Below, in pieces: positions 12,830 through 24,975 of a DNA stretch of 64,000 bases (the stretch's first letter is position 1; every line of letters starts with the position of its first letter). A program made the translations under genes and the position numbers. The DNA comes from Mobula hypostoma (taxonomy: Eukaryota), in contig NC_086097.1 in NCBI RefSeq assembly GCF_963921235.1, positions 203,300,001 through 203,364,000 on the forward strand, given 5' to 3'. The notes below the pieces were generated by a model. The model did not search any database. It saw only the letters and a list, made by a program, of their open reading frames with translations, and was not told the DNA's origin.

Positions 12830-13730
12830 CAGTTGTCGGATGTGATCAGCCAGGTGAGTGATGTTCTCCGATTCGTCCAGAATGTAGGTGTAGCCTTCTT
12901 GACCAATAACAGCACGTACCACGTTTCTGTGCAAGCAGGTAGTCTAAGGCTATGATTCTGGAAGGCAACCATTTGCATAGTCTTCATTTTGGCTGATACT
13001 GGGGGTCAGTGCATCTTCTATGTACTTGAGCACTATGGCCGTCTCGTTAGCTAGTGTCTCTGTCACAGAGGTCATACTTATTAGTTCCTGGTATAGTCTG
13101 GCTGTATCATACTGGGCAAAGGCCATTATCCAAACCTTTCTTCCTCTGTGATGATAGCCCTCTTCCTATACTGACCATCACAGGCAGGGTGCTCATCCAG
13201 GGGACTGAGGGACTGAGGTGATGTATGTATGGCCCCACATACTGTGGATAACACAAACCCTGTGGGGAGCCACGGGTGGGCCCAGCTGCATATCTAGCAA
13301 GTGCCATTCAGTGTCCAGGGAGTGCCCATCTTCACAGCACCATTTGACTTAGACACAGTCATCACAGAGTACCGGTCCTTCTCACACTTGCTGTCCTACT
13401 GACTGATGGGACCTGTGCCTATTATACCGCTTCCCCCGATGTTCCTTTCCCCTGTCAACTGAGAATCACTTTCAGAGTCTGGACCTTTGGATTAAACAAG
13501 TCCTACGTAGGTAAATACCAGCTCTTAAAGCACTCACTCCACATGGGGTAACTAAGGCTCCAAGTTTTTTTTTTAAGTCTGTTATCATACAACTGGCCAA
13601 AGTTGGCCAGAATGGACCAACCCCCTCCCTGTTTCCCCCAAAACAGAATACCAAAGTCAGTGGAGTTCTCACAGCAGATTTTTGTAGGGGTCATTTGTAG
13701 GTACTTTGGCATGGATGCGATGGTCATTAT
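12830..13730 (-). pseudogene. ERV env remnant (SU C-terminus, basic cleavage site, TM with immunosuppressive domain)
   Basis: RKR|AII at 13159-13167, heptad region ETLANETAIVL, then MVAFQN-IALDYLLAQKRGTC-AVIGQEG-YTYILDES across frameshifts (decayed QNR..LD.L...GG.C-X6-CC). Confidence 0.85.
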
Positions 13731-14270
13731 TGGGCAGGGAAACAACCTGTTTATAGAATCGGCTCACCCCATCTGGACCTCTCTGCATTGTCTGTGTTAT
13801 ACCATTTCCATTTAATGAGGACCACTGGGCACGGCCCTCATTGTGAATCACATTGTCAGTCTTCACCCACTGCATGATAAACAGATGCAATCACAGCATG
13901 ACTGGTTCAGAGGCTGTCTGGTGTTTGTTGGCCAAGAGGGCCCAATAGCAGGCCACCATCTGCATCTCGAAGGGAGTGTATCAGGTTGCCGCCTCAGGGA
14001 ATGTCATCCAAAACCCCAAGAGGTCATGATGTCCCACAGGCTCCACTCGACCACTCTATGGGTTGCTAAAATCTGTAGCTCAAAGTGTACCCCATTCTGT
14101 CTAGAGGCCAATGGGTGAACCTGTTCTATTGACTGCTTAGTAGTCTTAAAGGCTGCTTACTGTTCGGGATCTCATTGGAGAGTGGTCTTTTTACAGGAGG
14201 CTTGGTATAGGGGGCATAAAATGATCAGATGGGGCCAGGGGACAAATTCACCCAAGCTTGCTACGAGACC
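13730..14270 (-). pseudogene. ERV pol fragment (RT connection/tether region)
   Basis: Across frameshifts: PLYQ..PEQ*AAFK, WSLW..PLGF, YTPFEMQMVACYWALL, IMQWV..GRAQ..KWKWY and GPDGVSRFYKQV, resembling ERV-L pol (YSPFERQLLACYWAL, KWKWY). Confidence 0.85.
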
Positions 14271-14825
14271 ACGTCACTGGTCTGATCCGTACTGTCTCAA
14301 GTGCCTAGGGGGAGGGCAATCATTTCGTGGGAGAATCATAGGACTTTCCTCTGCTCTCTCTTCCCCATCTGCACCATCCAGCCAGCTATCCCCATCCTTC
14401 ATTCACATGTTGGGATCATCTCTGTACAGTGTCAAGGCTCAGATCTTAACAGGATCCAGTTGCCAATTAGCCTGTTGGGCAGCCTCTAATTCCGCTACCT
14501 TTACTAGGTGATAAACTTTCTCAGTACTTGCTTCTTCTAGCTCTTTAGCCCAGGTCTGTGCCGACTGAGCAACTTCCCCCATGGTGGTACAGAGCTAGTG
14601 CAGCACTTCCACCTCGTTCTTGAGACTTATTGTCTGCTGCTTTCTCTGTGCCATCGTCTTATGCTGGTGCTTTACAATGGCTGCCATCAGCCAAAAAGTA
14701 CCCCTTTGGTTCCCCTTTTCTGGAGACCTACCCTGTTTTACACAGGCATAATGTAGTGTCTGATTTTTTTTTTCTCTCCCTTTGGAAGTTCAACTTGTCT
14801 GACCAATCCACCAGTGTTCCAAGGC

Positions 14826-14871
14826 CTGCCAGTAGATTGGTAATACTGCCAGTAGATTGGTAATACTGCCA
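14826..14871. repeat. 20-bp tandem repeat x2.3 (CTGCCAGTAGATTGGTAATA)
   Basis: Exact repeats, located in the ERV leader region. Confidence 0.9.
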
Positions 14872-14949
14872 AATCTAATTCTACCCCAAGAATCGGCACT
14901 CCTCAAACAAGGGGTTCTCTCGCTTGCTCTTACCCATGAGCATCTTAAA

Positions 14950-14967
14950 GTCCTGCAGACTAAGCCA
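14950..14967 (-). promoter_or_regulatory. Primer binding site, tRNA-Ser type
   Basis: Minus strand TGGCTTAGTCTGCAGGAC, 2 nt after the LTR-terminal CA. It matches the vertebrate tRNA-Ser 3' complement TGGCGTAGTCGGCAGGAT (recalled) at 15/18 positions. Confidence 0.75.
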
Positions 14968-16500
14968 AATGTTAATGCAGAAGCAGATTCTTGGATTTGT
15001 TAAGTGAGTCAGGAGACACTGTGCATAAGCTCATTATTTATTTACTGTAAACCAGGCATCTAAGTCAAACAACTACCTATCTAAGCTTCCTAAGTTACAA
15101 AACTATGACACTAAATAATTCGATAACATTTCTGATTCAAATAAGTACTTAGTTTGGTTTCCCCATGTTACACAACTACAACACTAAGCATTCAACGAAC
15201 AGGTACTTAGCTAAGTGTGTGTGCAGACCTTGCTTTCTGCAGCACACCTTCCCAAAGCTCCTTTAGCCCTGATCGTGACATAGTCTGAAGGGGAGCCCCT
15301 AGGGAAAAGAGAGCGAGTCTTTTGCACGTGTTGTTCTTGTACCTCTGGGATGCCTGGAACTGGAAACCAGTGCCATGGTGCAAAAGGAAGGAGCTGCTGC
15401 ATCCTCTGAATGGGACAATCAGCAACAGGCAGAGGAAACAGCTTTCAACCTGCAGGTAGGTTAACCGTTCATGCTCCAAATGGTGTAATATTTTGAAACT
15501 TGAATGCAAAAAAGACTTGCAATTCAATTTTTTAAAAAAATCCCATGACATAAAATTGGTCCCACTTCATTTGCAATGACTGGGGTTCCTGAAATTAGCA
15601 TATTTCATTGCTGGCAAACTGAAGCATTCATTACTGAAGCAAGATTTGACAGATAATGTAAGTGGAAAATCTGGGCAAAAGCATTTAATCAAGTTGTTTG
15701 GCTGATCTGAGATTAATCTTTTCACTCTGAACATGGAACAGTACATTACAGAAAGTGGCCCTTTGGCCCACTATTTCTGTACTAATTGTGATGCCAATTT
15801 AAACTAATCCCATCTGCCTGCACATGGTCTAAACCCTTCCACCCTGTTCAGTGCCTGCCTAGGTGTTGCTATCGTAGCTGGTTCCACCACTTCCACTGAT
15901 AGTGTTTACTTGCTACCCTCTGTGTATTTTTGAAACATCTTTATTTCCTGCAGCTGAATAACTTTTCTTGTTACCTTGCCCTGCACGAATGTACATCCTT
16001 GCATGTAAACATGAACACGTGGATAAGACATGCCGGAGTGCATGGCGAGCCTATATAATTAAAAATTCTCTTCTCCAAACACCACTCCAACCACTCCCCA
16101 TCACTAATAACTTAGCCAAGCTTTCATCATCGCTCCTAATTTCTTCATCTGATTTTTTTCCTCACCAAATTTGTTCAGGTTCCTGTGAAATGTCTTGCAA
16201 TGCAACTGCTTCATCTAAAGTATAGTTTCATTTTACCTGTAATTAGCAATGGTTAATTTAAGAACCTCTAGCAAATTCTTAAGTCTGTTTATTGGTGTAT
16301 TCTGCATAATTTTTTTTGTACCTGCATTCCCTGGCTATTTTACATAATCGAGATATGTGAATTCCCTGGAGAAATATTAAGGTTGAACTTGTTTTTTTTT
16401 CTATCTCTTGGTTATTGTGCCTTTAACGCTTGGCTTAGTTGGATGCTTAAAAATTGCCTGTGCATTTTATTTAACTTGTGTTTTTTTTTCTCTCTTGTAG

Positions 16501-16647
16501 GTGGATTCACGTAGTATACCAGTTCTATCAAAGTGGCAAAATTCCTATAGTATTAAGGCTGTACTTCAAGACCTGCGACGGATGATGACATGCAAAGAGA
16601 ATGTGAAGATTTCACAGCCCCCTGAAGGGCAAACTTACAGCAATTAA
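16501..16647 (+). CDS. UBE2V2: UBE2V2 exon 4 coding part ([19 protein letters not shown]...[10 protein letters not shown])
   Basis: Strong polypyrimidine acceptor and TAA stop at 16645-16647. RSIPVL matches UBE2V2. Confidence 0.97.
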   Translation: MDSRSIPVLSKWQNSYSIKAVLQDLRRMMTCKENVKISQPPEGQTYSN

Positions 16648-17640
16648 CTTTAGTTGATCCAAAATCACTCTCTAAACCTCACTTCTTGCTATAAATTTTC
16701 CACAATAATAAGCATTCACAAAAATAGGCCTAGGTATCTGTAAATTTTAATGTATACCCCCACCATGATGTTCTCAAGCAAGGATAAATTCAGAAGTGGA
16801 CAGAGTAGCTTTATTACTCTAATCAAGTCAATGATACTGGTGAAACAAAAGCAACTTGATGGGGCAGAGGTAAAAATGATTGAAACCAAGTTATTTATTG
16901 CTTGATCATAGATGTTATGCAAGGTAATTGGTTAATAAAGGCAGTAGTTGGTGTATATAATAGCATGTCTGGAACTTCTCGATGAAAGAGAGCTGTATTA
17001 CAATTTAGGTTGTGTATGTAATGCAAACAAGCTCAAGAATTGTTGAAAGTTTTTGCTCATTATTTTGCTGCTGTTTAATTGTAATGTCGATGTTGAGGAT
17101 TGTTTTAATATTTGTATTTATGGAAATTACTTTCTGTAAGCAGCTCAGTGTATTAAGTATATTGCATTTGTTTACAGTATGATTCTGCCAATACATGCAT
17201 TTGCAAGAAGAGTATCAGTGTATAGTTAGGACTTGCTAAGATTAAATTTAGTATTGAAGATGTGAATAAGATGCAGTGAGATTTTGTTTTCTTCTGTAAA
17301 CTGGGTAATTGTTTGACCAAATGTTAGTTTCAGAACATTTTATGGGTGTAATTTTTGGGGGGTGGGAGAGAATAAGATTCATCAACATTTAAAAAAAAAA
17401 AAAAAAATTGTTCCCTAAGGGACAAATTATATGACTAAAATACTAGGCTGAGTTCTCTTTGAATCCTGTTGCAAAGGTAATACATTTTATGGACTAAAAG
17501 CTGCTAATGAACCTGTCAAAAGAAAATTGGATAATATTGTCTGAAGTATACTTTCTCGTGAGGCGTTCCATTGAAGTTTATGACAAAACTTAAAGTGGCT
17601 ATTCATTTAATAAATAGTAAAAAAGTGTGCTGACCATCTT
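16648..17640 (+). other. Probable UBE2V2 3' UTR; candidate AATAAA signals at 16934-16939 and 17609-17614
   Basis: AT-rich, repeat-free stretch after the stop codon with two canonical hexamers. The true end cannot be determined from sequence. Confidence 0.5.
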
Positions 17641-18301
17641 TACAGTCCTTAGTAACTTTTTTTTAAATGGTAATTTACTTAACTGGAAGAAAATGCTTTT
17701 TCTACTGTTCACTCCCTTGCTGCACTGGCCAGATCATCCCAGTGAAGTTGGCAGGGATTGAAACTATGACCTACGATTGTATAACATCATCTGAAGTATC
17801 TTAAGAATTGAATACTTACTGCCTGAATACCCACTGGGCTTAGAACTGGTATTAACTTGCAAAGTATTTCAAATTTCTTGTGAGGGATCTGCATTTGGGT
17901 CTTCAATTATTAACTGTTAATGATTGGATAAAGAATTACATGGGTAAATGTGCTGATGACATGAAGAAAGAGACATGGGAAGTAGAATGAGTTGAAGTGT
18001 AACATCATAAATAACTTCAGACCTAAAATCTTCAATGTGCCTTCCAAATGGTGAAAAGCTAGAAACTGGGATGCCAAAGAAATATGAGCTGTATATGCTT
18101 GGATGATTGTCTGTGTTCATGACATGAAATTTTAAAAAACACAGGTTATTTCCATTGGGTATCCTTGTCCTCCATGAACTGGAGGATTCCAGTTCTGAAT
18201 TCAGGTCTGATTCTGAATTTTGAACTGGAATACAACAGTGCAAAGCGCTTGTCACACCATTGTTTCAGTTTCACAAAACTGATCTCAACTTATCTATGGA
18301 A

Positions 18302-18377
18302 AAATTAAATATCTCATATTTAAATTAAGTATCTCATATTTAAATTAAGTATCTCATATTTAAATTAAGTATCTCAT
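18302..18377. repeat. 20-bp AT-rich minisatellite x~3.8 (AAATTAAGTATCTCATATTT)
   Basis: Directly visible, one mismatch in the first unit. Confidence 0.95.
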
Positions 18378-19457
18378 GGCCACTTGGGCCTGTTGTGCTA
18401 TTCAGTAAGATGGTAGATAATCTTTGAGATATGGATCATGTTAAAGCAATGTCATGAATATATTCAGTAAGGGAACATCCAGAGATCTAGAAGATAAACT
18501 GGGTAAGCATTCCAAAAACTTCAGCCATCACTTGAAAGTAATTTTCTGTATTTTGTTTGTAACTTCCCAGTCTCTTGAGACGCTGCTGCCCAAGTGAGTG
18601 CCTGTAATGTTCTGTATTTCCATGAGATTACTCCTCATTCTTCTGGATTCTAGAGAATATCATCTGATAAAACAATAGAGTACAAGAACAGGCCTACTGC
18701 ATCTGCTCCAAACACAATGCTGAATTAAACTGAACCTCTTCTGCCTGGATGTGATCCATATCCCTCCATTGCTAGCATGTTCATACTTCTAAAGTGCCAT
18801 TATTGCATACTTGTACTATAACCACTTGCAGTTAGTCAAAAAACTACACTTTACCCCATGCATTTCCTTTAAATATTAACCCTCTCTTACCTTAAATGCA
18901 TATTCTTTTATACTTGACATTTCTACCCTGGGAAAAAGATTTGGACTACCATATTTCTCTCTCAGACTCTTATATATTTCTGTCAGGTCTCACTTCACCA
19001 TCTGAAGCTCCCAAAAATAGAAGTTAAGTTTGTTCAAACTCTCCGTATAGCATACTGGAAAATCTCTTGTGCTTTTGAAAACTATCCATATTCATTCCTG
19101 TAATGGGGAAAATAGAACTGCACACATTACTCCAAGTATGACCTAACCAAAGATTTGTATAGCTACAAATGTCAGTCATAGAAAAGTACAGCACAGAAAC
19201 GGGCTCATCAGCCCATCTAGTTCATGCCAAAACCATTTAAACTGCCTATTCCCATCAACCTGCATCAGGACCATAGCCCAACGTATCCCTACTATCCATG
19301 TACCTTTCCAAACTTCTAAACGTTGAAATGGAGTTCACATACTCCACTTGTGCTGGCAGCTCATTCCACGGTCTCACGACTCTAAGTGAAGAAGTTTCCC
19401 CTCATGTTCCTCTTAAACTTATCACCTTTCACCCTTAACCTATGGCCTCTGGTTGTA

Positions 19458-21878
19458 AAAACATAGAAAAACTACAGCACAATACAGGCCCTTCAGCCCA
19501 CAATGCTGTGCTGAATATGTACTTTAGAAATTACCTAGGGTTACCCATGGCCCTCTATATTTCTAAGCTGCATGTACCTATACAGGAGTCTCTTAAAAGA
19601 CCTTATCGTATCTGCCTCCACCACGATCGCCAGCAGCCCATTCCACGCACCCACCACTCTGCATTAAAAAAAACTTACCCCTGACATCTCATCTGTACCT
19701 ACTTCCAAGCACCTTAAAACTGTGCCCTCTTATGATAGCCATTTAAGCCCTGGGAAAAAGCCTCTGACTATCCATATGATCAATGCCTCTCATCATCTTA
19801 TACACCTCTATCAGGTCACCTCTCATCTTCTGTCGCTCCAAGGAGAAAAGGCCAAGTTCACTCAACATATCCTTATAAGGCATGCTCCCCAATCCAGGCA
19901 ACATCCTTGTAAGTCTCCTCTGCACCTTTTCTATAGTTTCCACATCCTTCCTGTAGTGAAGTGACCAGAGCTGAGCACAGTACTCCAAGTGGGGTCTGAC
20001 CAGGATCCTATATAGCTGTAACATTACCTCTCGGCTCTTAAACTCAATCCCATAGTTAATGAAGGCCAATGCACCATATGCCTTCTTAACCACAGAGTCA
20101 ATCTGCGTAGCAGCTTTGAGTGTCCTATGGACTCGGACCCCAAAATCCCTCTGATCCTCCACACTGCCAAGAGCCTTACCACTAATACTATATTCTGCCA
20201 TCATATTTGACCTACCAAAATGAACCACCTCACACTTAACTGGGTTGAACTCCATCTGTTAGTTCTCAGCCCAGTTTTGCATCCTATCGATGTCCCGCTG
20301 TAACTTCTGACAGCCCTCCACACTAACCACAACACCCCCAATCTTTGTCTCATCAGCTGATTTACTAACCCATCCCTCCACTTCCTCATCCAGGTCATTT
20401 ATAAAAATCACGAAGAGAAGGGGTCCCAGAACAGATCCCTGGGGCACACCACTGGTCACGGACCTCCGTGCAGAATATGACCCGCTTACAATCACTCTTT
20501 GCCTTCTGTGGGCAAGCCAATTCTGGATTCACAAAGCAAGGTCCTCTTGGATCCCATGCCTCCTTACCTTATCAGTAAGCCTGGCATGGGGTACCTTATC
20601 AAATGCCTTGCTGAAATCCATATACACTACATCTACTGCTCTACCTTCATCAATGTGTTTAGTCAACCAGGCTCGTAAGGCACGATCTGCCTTTTGACAA
20701 AGCCATGCTGACTATTCCTAGTCAAATTATGCCTCTCCAAACGTTCATAAATCCTGCCTCTCAGGATCTTTTCCATCAACTTACCAACCACTGAAGTAAG
20801 ACTCACTGGTCTATAATTTCCTGGGCTATCTCTACTCCCTTTCTTGAATAAGGGAACAACATCTGCAATCCGCCAATGCTCTGGAACCTCTCCTGTCCCC
20901 AATGATGATGCAAAGATCATCACTAGAGGTTCAGCAATCTCCTCCCTCGTCTCCCACAGTAGTCTGGGGGTATATCTCGTCCAGTCCCGGAGACTTATCC
21001 AACTTGAAGCTTTCCAAATGCTCCAGCACATCCTTTTTCTTAATGTCTGCATGCTCAAGCTTTTCAATCTGCTGTAAGTCATCCCTACAATCGCCAAGAT
21101 CCTTTTCCATAACAAATACTGAAGCAAAGTATTCATTAAGTACCTCAGCTATCTCCTCCGGTTCCATACAAACTTTTCCACTGTCACACTTGATTAGTCA
21201 TTTTCTTTCACGTCTTATCCTCTTGCTCTTCACATACTTGTAGAATGCCTTGGGGTTTTCTTTAATCCTGCTTGCCAAGGCCTTCTCATGGCCCCTTCTG
21301 GCTCTCCTAATTTCATTCTTAAACTCCTTCCTGCTAGCCTTATAATCTTCTAGATCTCTATCAATACCTAGTGATTTGAACCTTTTGTAAGCTTTTCTTC
21401 TTGACTAGATTTTCAACAGCCTTTGTACACCATGGTTCCTGTACCTTACCATCCTTTCCCAGTCTCATTGGAACGTACCTATGTAGAATGCCACGCAAAT
21501 ATCCCCTGAACATTTGCCACATTTATGCTGTACGTTTCCTTGAGAACAAATGTTCCCAATTTATGCTTCCAAGTTCCTGCCTGATAGCCTCATATTTCCC
21601 CTTACTCAATTAAACACATTCCTAACTTCCTATCCCTCTCCAATGCTATGGTAAAGGAGATAGAATTGTGATCACTCTCTCCAAAATACTCTCCCACTGA
21701 GAGACCCGACTCCTGACCAGGTTCATCTCCCAATACCAGATCAAATACAGCCTCTCCTTTTGCAGGCTTATCTATACATTGTGTCAGGAAACCTTCCTGA
21801 ACACACCTAACAAACTCTACCCCATCTACACCCCTTGCTCTAGGGAGATGCCAATCAATATTTGGGAAATTGAAATCC
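19458..21878 (-). mobile_element. Relatively young 5'-truncated CR1 LINE ORF2, inserted in an older CR1 3' end (~19170-19457 and ~21879-22010)
   Basis: Long minus-strand ORFs: SGVPQGSVLGPLLFVIFINDL..ADETKIGG, PGNYRPVSLTSVVGKLMEKI and RPHLEYCAQLWS. The host CR1 tail resumes after 21878. Confidence 0.92.
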
Positions 21879-22860
21879 CCTACCTAACCTCAGTGAAAAA
21901 AGCCTGCTTGCAATTACCTTATCTATACTCCTTATAAATTTGTATCTTGTGCCTCTATCAAATCTCCTTTCAGTCTTCTGTGGAAAGTTAAAACCTAACG
22001 TTTCTTGCAACAGTCTGCATTCTCTTTACAAATTTGTTCCTCTAAATCCCTAGGATTGTTGGCTGGTCTGTAATATAGCCCTATTAACATGGTCATATCT
22101 TTCTTATTCTCAGTTCCACCCATAAAGCCTCACCAGTCGAGTTCTCCAGGATGTCCTGACGGGGCACCTGCCATGGCATTTTCCCTGACCAGTAATGTTC
22201 CCCTTCTCCTTTAAACCCTCCCATTCACATCTAAAACAACAGAACCCTGGAATATTGAGCTGCCAGCCCTGCCCCTCCTGCAATTAAGTCTCACTAATGG
22301 CTATAATATCATAATTCCAAGTGTTGATCCATGCCCTGGGCTCATCAGCTTACACTTGTTTTCAATGCCTTGATCAGTGAAGGCAAGCATGCCATACAGC
22401 ATCTTTACCACCCTTTCAATTTGTGTGGGCACTCTCAGGAAGAGATGGACTGGGTCTCAAAGATCATTATCAATTCCTCCTCATTGTGTAATGCTTATTT
22501 CAGTATTCTTTAATAAATACTAGAATCTGCTAATGCACCAGTTTTATGATAAATTATTCCTATAATGTAGAGATCAAAATTTGCATTAGTTTTACTTGTT
22601 GTCTCAATACTGCAATCTTTGAGCTGAATGTTCATTACAGTTCCTAAAAGTTTGGTGTAATATGTTAGCCTTCCATATTTCATATGCAAGAACATACAAT
22701 GCTCCCAGACAGCAAAAACTAATCATTTTCTATACAACCTCACATTTTCCTGAAATGCGAGCAGCAACGTACACCTTCATTAATGTCTCTATTCCTTTTC
22801 ACATATTATTTCCTCACAGGTTACCTTGCAACGCTTCAAGTGAACAAGTAAATCTTACCA

Positions 22861-22974
22861 ACACACATCAAAGTTGCTGGTGAACGCAGCAGGCCAGGCA
22901 GCATCTGTAGGAAGAGGTGCAGTCGACGTTTCAGGCCGAGACCCTTCGTCAGGACTCAGAATTCCTGTTGTTTG
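22861..22974 (-). mobile_element. Short Penelope-derived insertion with hammerhead core and 16-bp TSD
   Basis: TSD CAAGTAAATCTTACCA at 22845-22860 and 22975-22990. Confidence 0.85.
22921..22956 (-). ncRNA. Minimal type I hammerhead ribozyme motif
   Basis: Minus strand AGTC-CTGACGA-AGGGTCTCGGCCT-GAAA-CGTC-GACT: stem I AGTC/GACT, core CUGANGA and GAAA, stem II hairpin, palindromic ACGT loop III, GUC cleavage triplet. Confidence 0.8.
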
Positions 22975-23049
22975 CAAGTAAATCTTACCATTCTGTCTTT
23001 TAATCAATGATTTTTGAGGACCTCCATTGGTCGGGATCAACCATAAATA

Positions 23050-23575
23050 TTGCCTCCTAGCTGTCTACGTGCCAGGGCAGTACGATATGGAGAGCAAGCT
23101 GTTGTCCATGCAGCAGACTCTCCCTCTCCACGCAGCTGATGAATGCAAAGGCAGAGACTGACAACAGCCTGGTACCAGTGCCATCGCCAGAGTTACCAGT
23201 CAGCATTGTACCCAATGTAGGACTGCCTTAGGGACTCCAGCTTCAGATTTTTCCTTGGGGTTTACCCCCAAAGCCTTCTCCATGAGTGGTTACAGCTGCA
23301 AGGCAGTAGAGGTTTGAGATCAGAGCTTTCATTCTGCTAGATGTGCAGCCAATCACAGTTGATGAGCCTCAACTGCCCAAAATGACTGGTTTTACGGTAC
23401 CAGTAACCCTTCTCCTGTCAGTCAAAATGGTTCCACTGGACTTAGTAGCTAAGCCACACATGAATGCTAGGAGTTGGACTTGGTTATTGGCAGTTCACAC
23501 CATTGAGAGCCTTTAATAGGTAGTGGAAGCTTATCCCCACTACCTCCCTCGGCTATGACAACTTTAAGGAGCCAT
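23050..23575 (-). mobile_element. Old repeat resembling an RTE-type LINE 5' UTR or RTE-related SINE
   Basis: Pattern resemblance only (ATCTAG..GAAAGCTCTGATCTCAAACC on the minus strand). No coding remnant. Confidence 0.35.
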
Positions 23576-23606
23576 CAATAATTTGAACATGCTATCAGCA
23601 CCTTAT

Positions 23607-24183
23607 TTCCTTTAACATCTGCTGGACGATGCTGAGGATGTTCCTTTAACATCTGCCAGACGATGCTGAGGATGTTCTACGAGTCTGTGGTGGCCAGTAC
23701 GATCATGTTTGCTGTTGTGTGCTGGGGCAGCAGGCTGAGGGTAGCAGACACCAACAGAATCAACAAACTCATTCATAAGGCCAGTGATTTTGTGGGGATG
23801 GAACTGGACTCTCTGACGGTGGTGTCTGAAAAGAGGATGCTGTCCAAGTTGCATGCCATCTTGGTCAATGTCTCCCATCCACTACATAATGTACTGGGTG
23901 GGCACAGGAGTACATTCAGCCAGAGACTCATTCCACCGAGATGCAGCACAGAGCGTCATAGGAAGTCATTCCTGCCTGTGGCCATCAAACTTTACAACTC
24001 CTCCCTTGGAGAGTCGGACACCCTGAGCCAATAGGCTGGTCCTGGACTTATTAAATAATTTATTGACATAATTTACATATTACTATTTAACTATTTATGG
24101 TTCTATTACTATTTATTATTTATGGTGCAACTGTAATGAAAACCAGTTTCCCCTGGGATCAATAAAGTATGACTATGACTATA
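23607..24183 (+). mobile_element. Young 5'-truncated Rex1/Babar-like LINE 3' end
   Basis: Uninterrupted 123-aa ORF2 C-terminus (MFYESVVAS..VCWG..HPLH..TERHRKSFLPVAIKLYN), AATAAA and (TATGAC)n tail. 34-bp tandem duplication at the 5' junction. Confidence 0.85.
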
Positions 24184-24234
24184 TGAGCCCTTGTGTTTAA
24201 CAACCTCACATGTTGTCCACAAAAAAATGCTCAT

Positions 24235-24975
24235 GATTGTATGGTTACGTACAGCTCAAATACAGACAAATCAAAGGTGGTGACAAATTGGCATACAGGA
24301 GGGCAAATGAAAATCTGATTGACTGGTTCCACAACAACCTCTCATTCAGCATCAGCAAAACCAGAGAGCTGCTTATTGAATACAGTGGGAAGAAGCTGGA
24401 GGCCCATGAGACTGTGCTCATTAGCGGAATGAAGGTGGAGAGGGTCGATACTTAAAGGACTTGGTGTTAACATTTCAGAGACTGGAGACGAGCATATTAA
24501 GTATCATCACTAACGCCACTATAGAGCCTCCACTTTCTCAGAAGTTGGTGCAGATTAACATAGCACCAAAAATTCTGACAAACTTCTATAGATGTATAAT
24601 GGAGAGTATCCTAACTGGTTGCATCACAGCCTGGTATGGAAACACCAATGCCCAAGAATGGTAAAGAGCAGAGAAAGTGGTGGATACAGCCTAGTCCATC
24701 ACAGGCAAAGCCCTCCCCACCATTGAATACATTTACATGGATCGATGTCACAAGAAAGCAGTATCTTTCAACAAAAAACCTCACCATCTAATTCATGCCT
24801 TCTTCTTTCTACTACCGTCAGTTAGCAGCTACAGAAACTTTGCATCCCACACTACCAGATTCAAGAATAGTTATTACCTTACAATCATTAGGCTGCTGAA
24901 CTGGCATGGATAACTTCAATCACCACTACTCTGAACTGATTCTATGACTTACAGACTTTAAGCAGACTTCAGACT
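24235..24975 (+). mobile_element. Decayed Rex1/Babar-like LINE fragment
   Basis: LTNFYRCIMESILTGCITAWYGNT and SKTRELLIE motifs. Confidence 0.75.

Larger units (their letters stand above)
11192..15450 (-). mobile_element. Decayed, internally deleted class III (ERV-L/ERV-S-like) endogenous retrovirus
   Basis: Diverged direct repeats (LTRs) begin at 11192 and 14970. PBS at 14950-14967. Pol tether motifs at ~13730-14270, env TM immunosuppressive domain at ~12850-12980 and PPT-like tract at 12589-12601. Confidence 0.85.

Noticed and set aside
12830..13730. Domesticated syncytin-like env gene
   Set aside because: Multiple frameshifts and stops, a degenerate CX6CC and no membrane anchor.
17391..17407. 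A-run as a retrocopy poly(A) tail
   Set aside because: No TSD, and UBE2V2 retains its introns. It is a simple homopolymer in the probable 3' UTR.
18302..18377. Regular 20-bp repeats as a possible CRISPR array
   Set aside because: The units are head-to-tail with no spacers, the context is eukaryotic and no cas genes are present. It is an ordinary minisatellite.
23390..23575. Possible HDV-like or twister ribozyme at the 5' end of the RTE-like repeat (CTCCT/AGGAG pairing and hairpins on the minus strand)
   Set aside because: I could not fit the full pseudoknot topology or catalytic residues by eye. It would need a covariance search on the family consensus.
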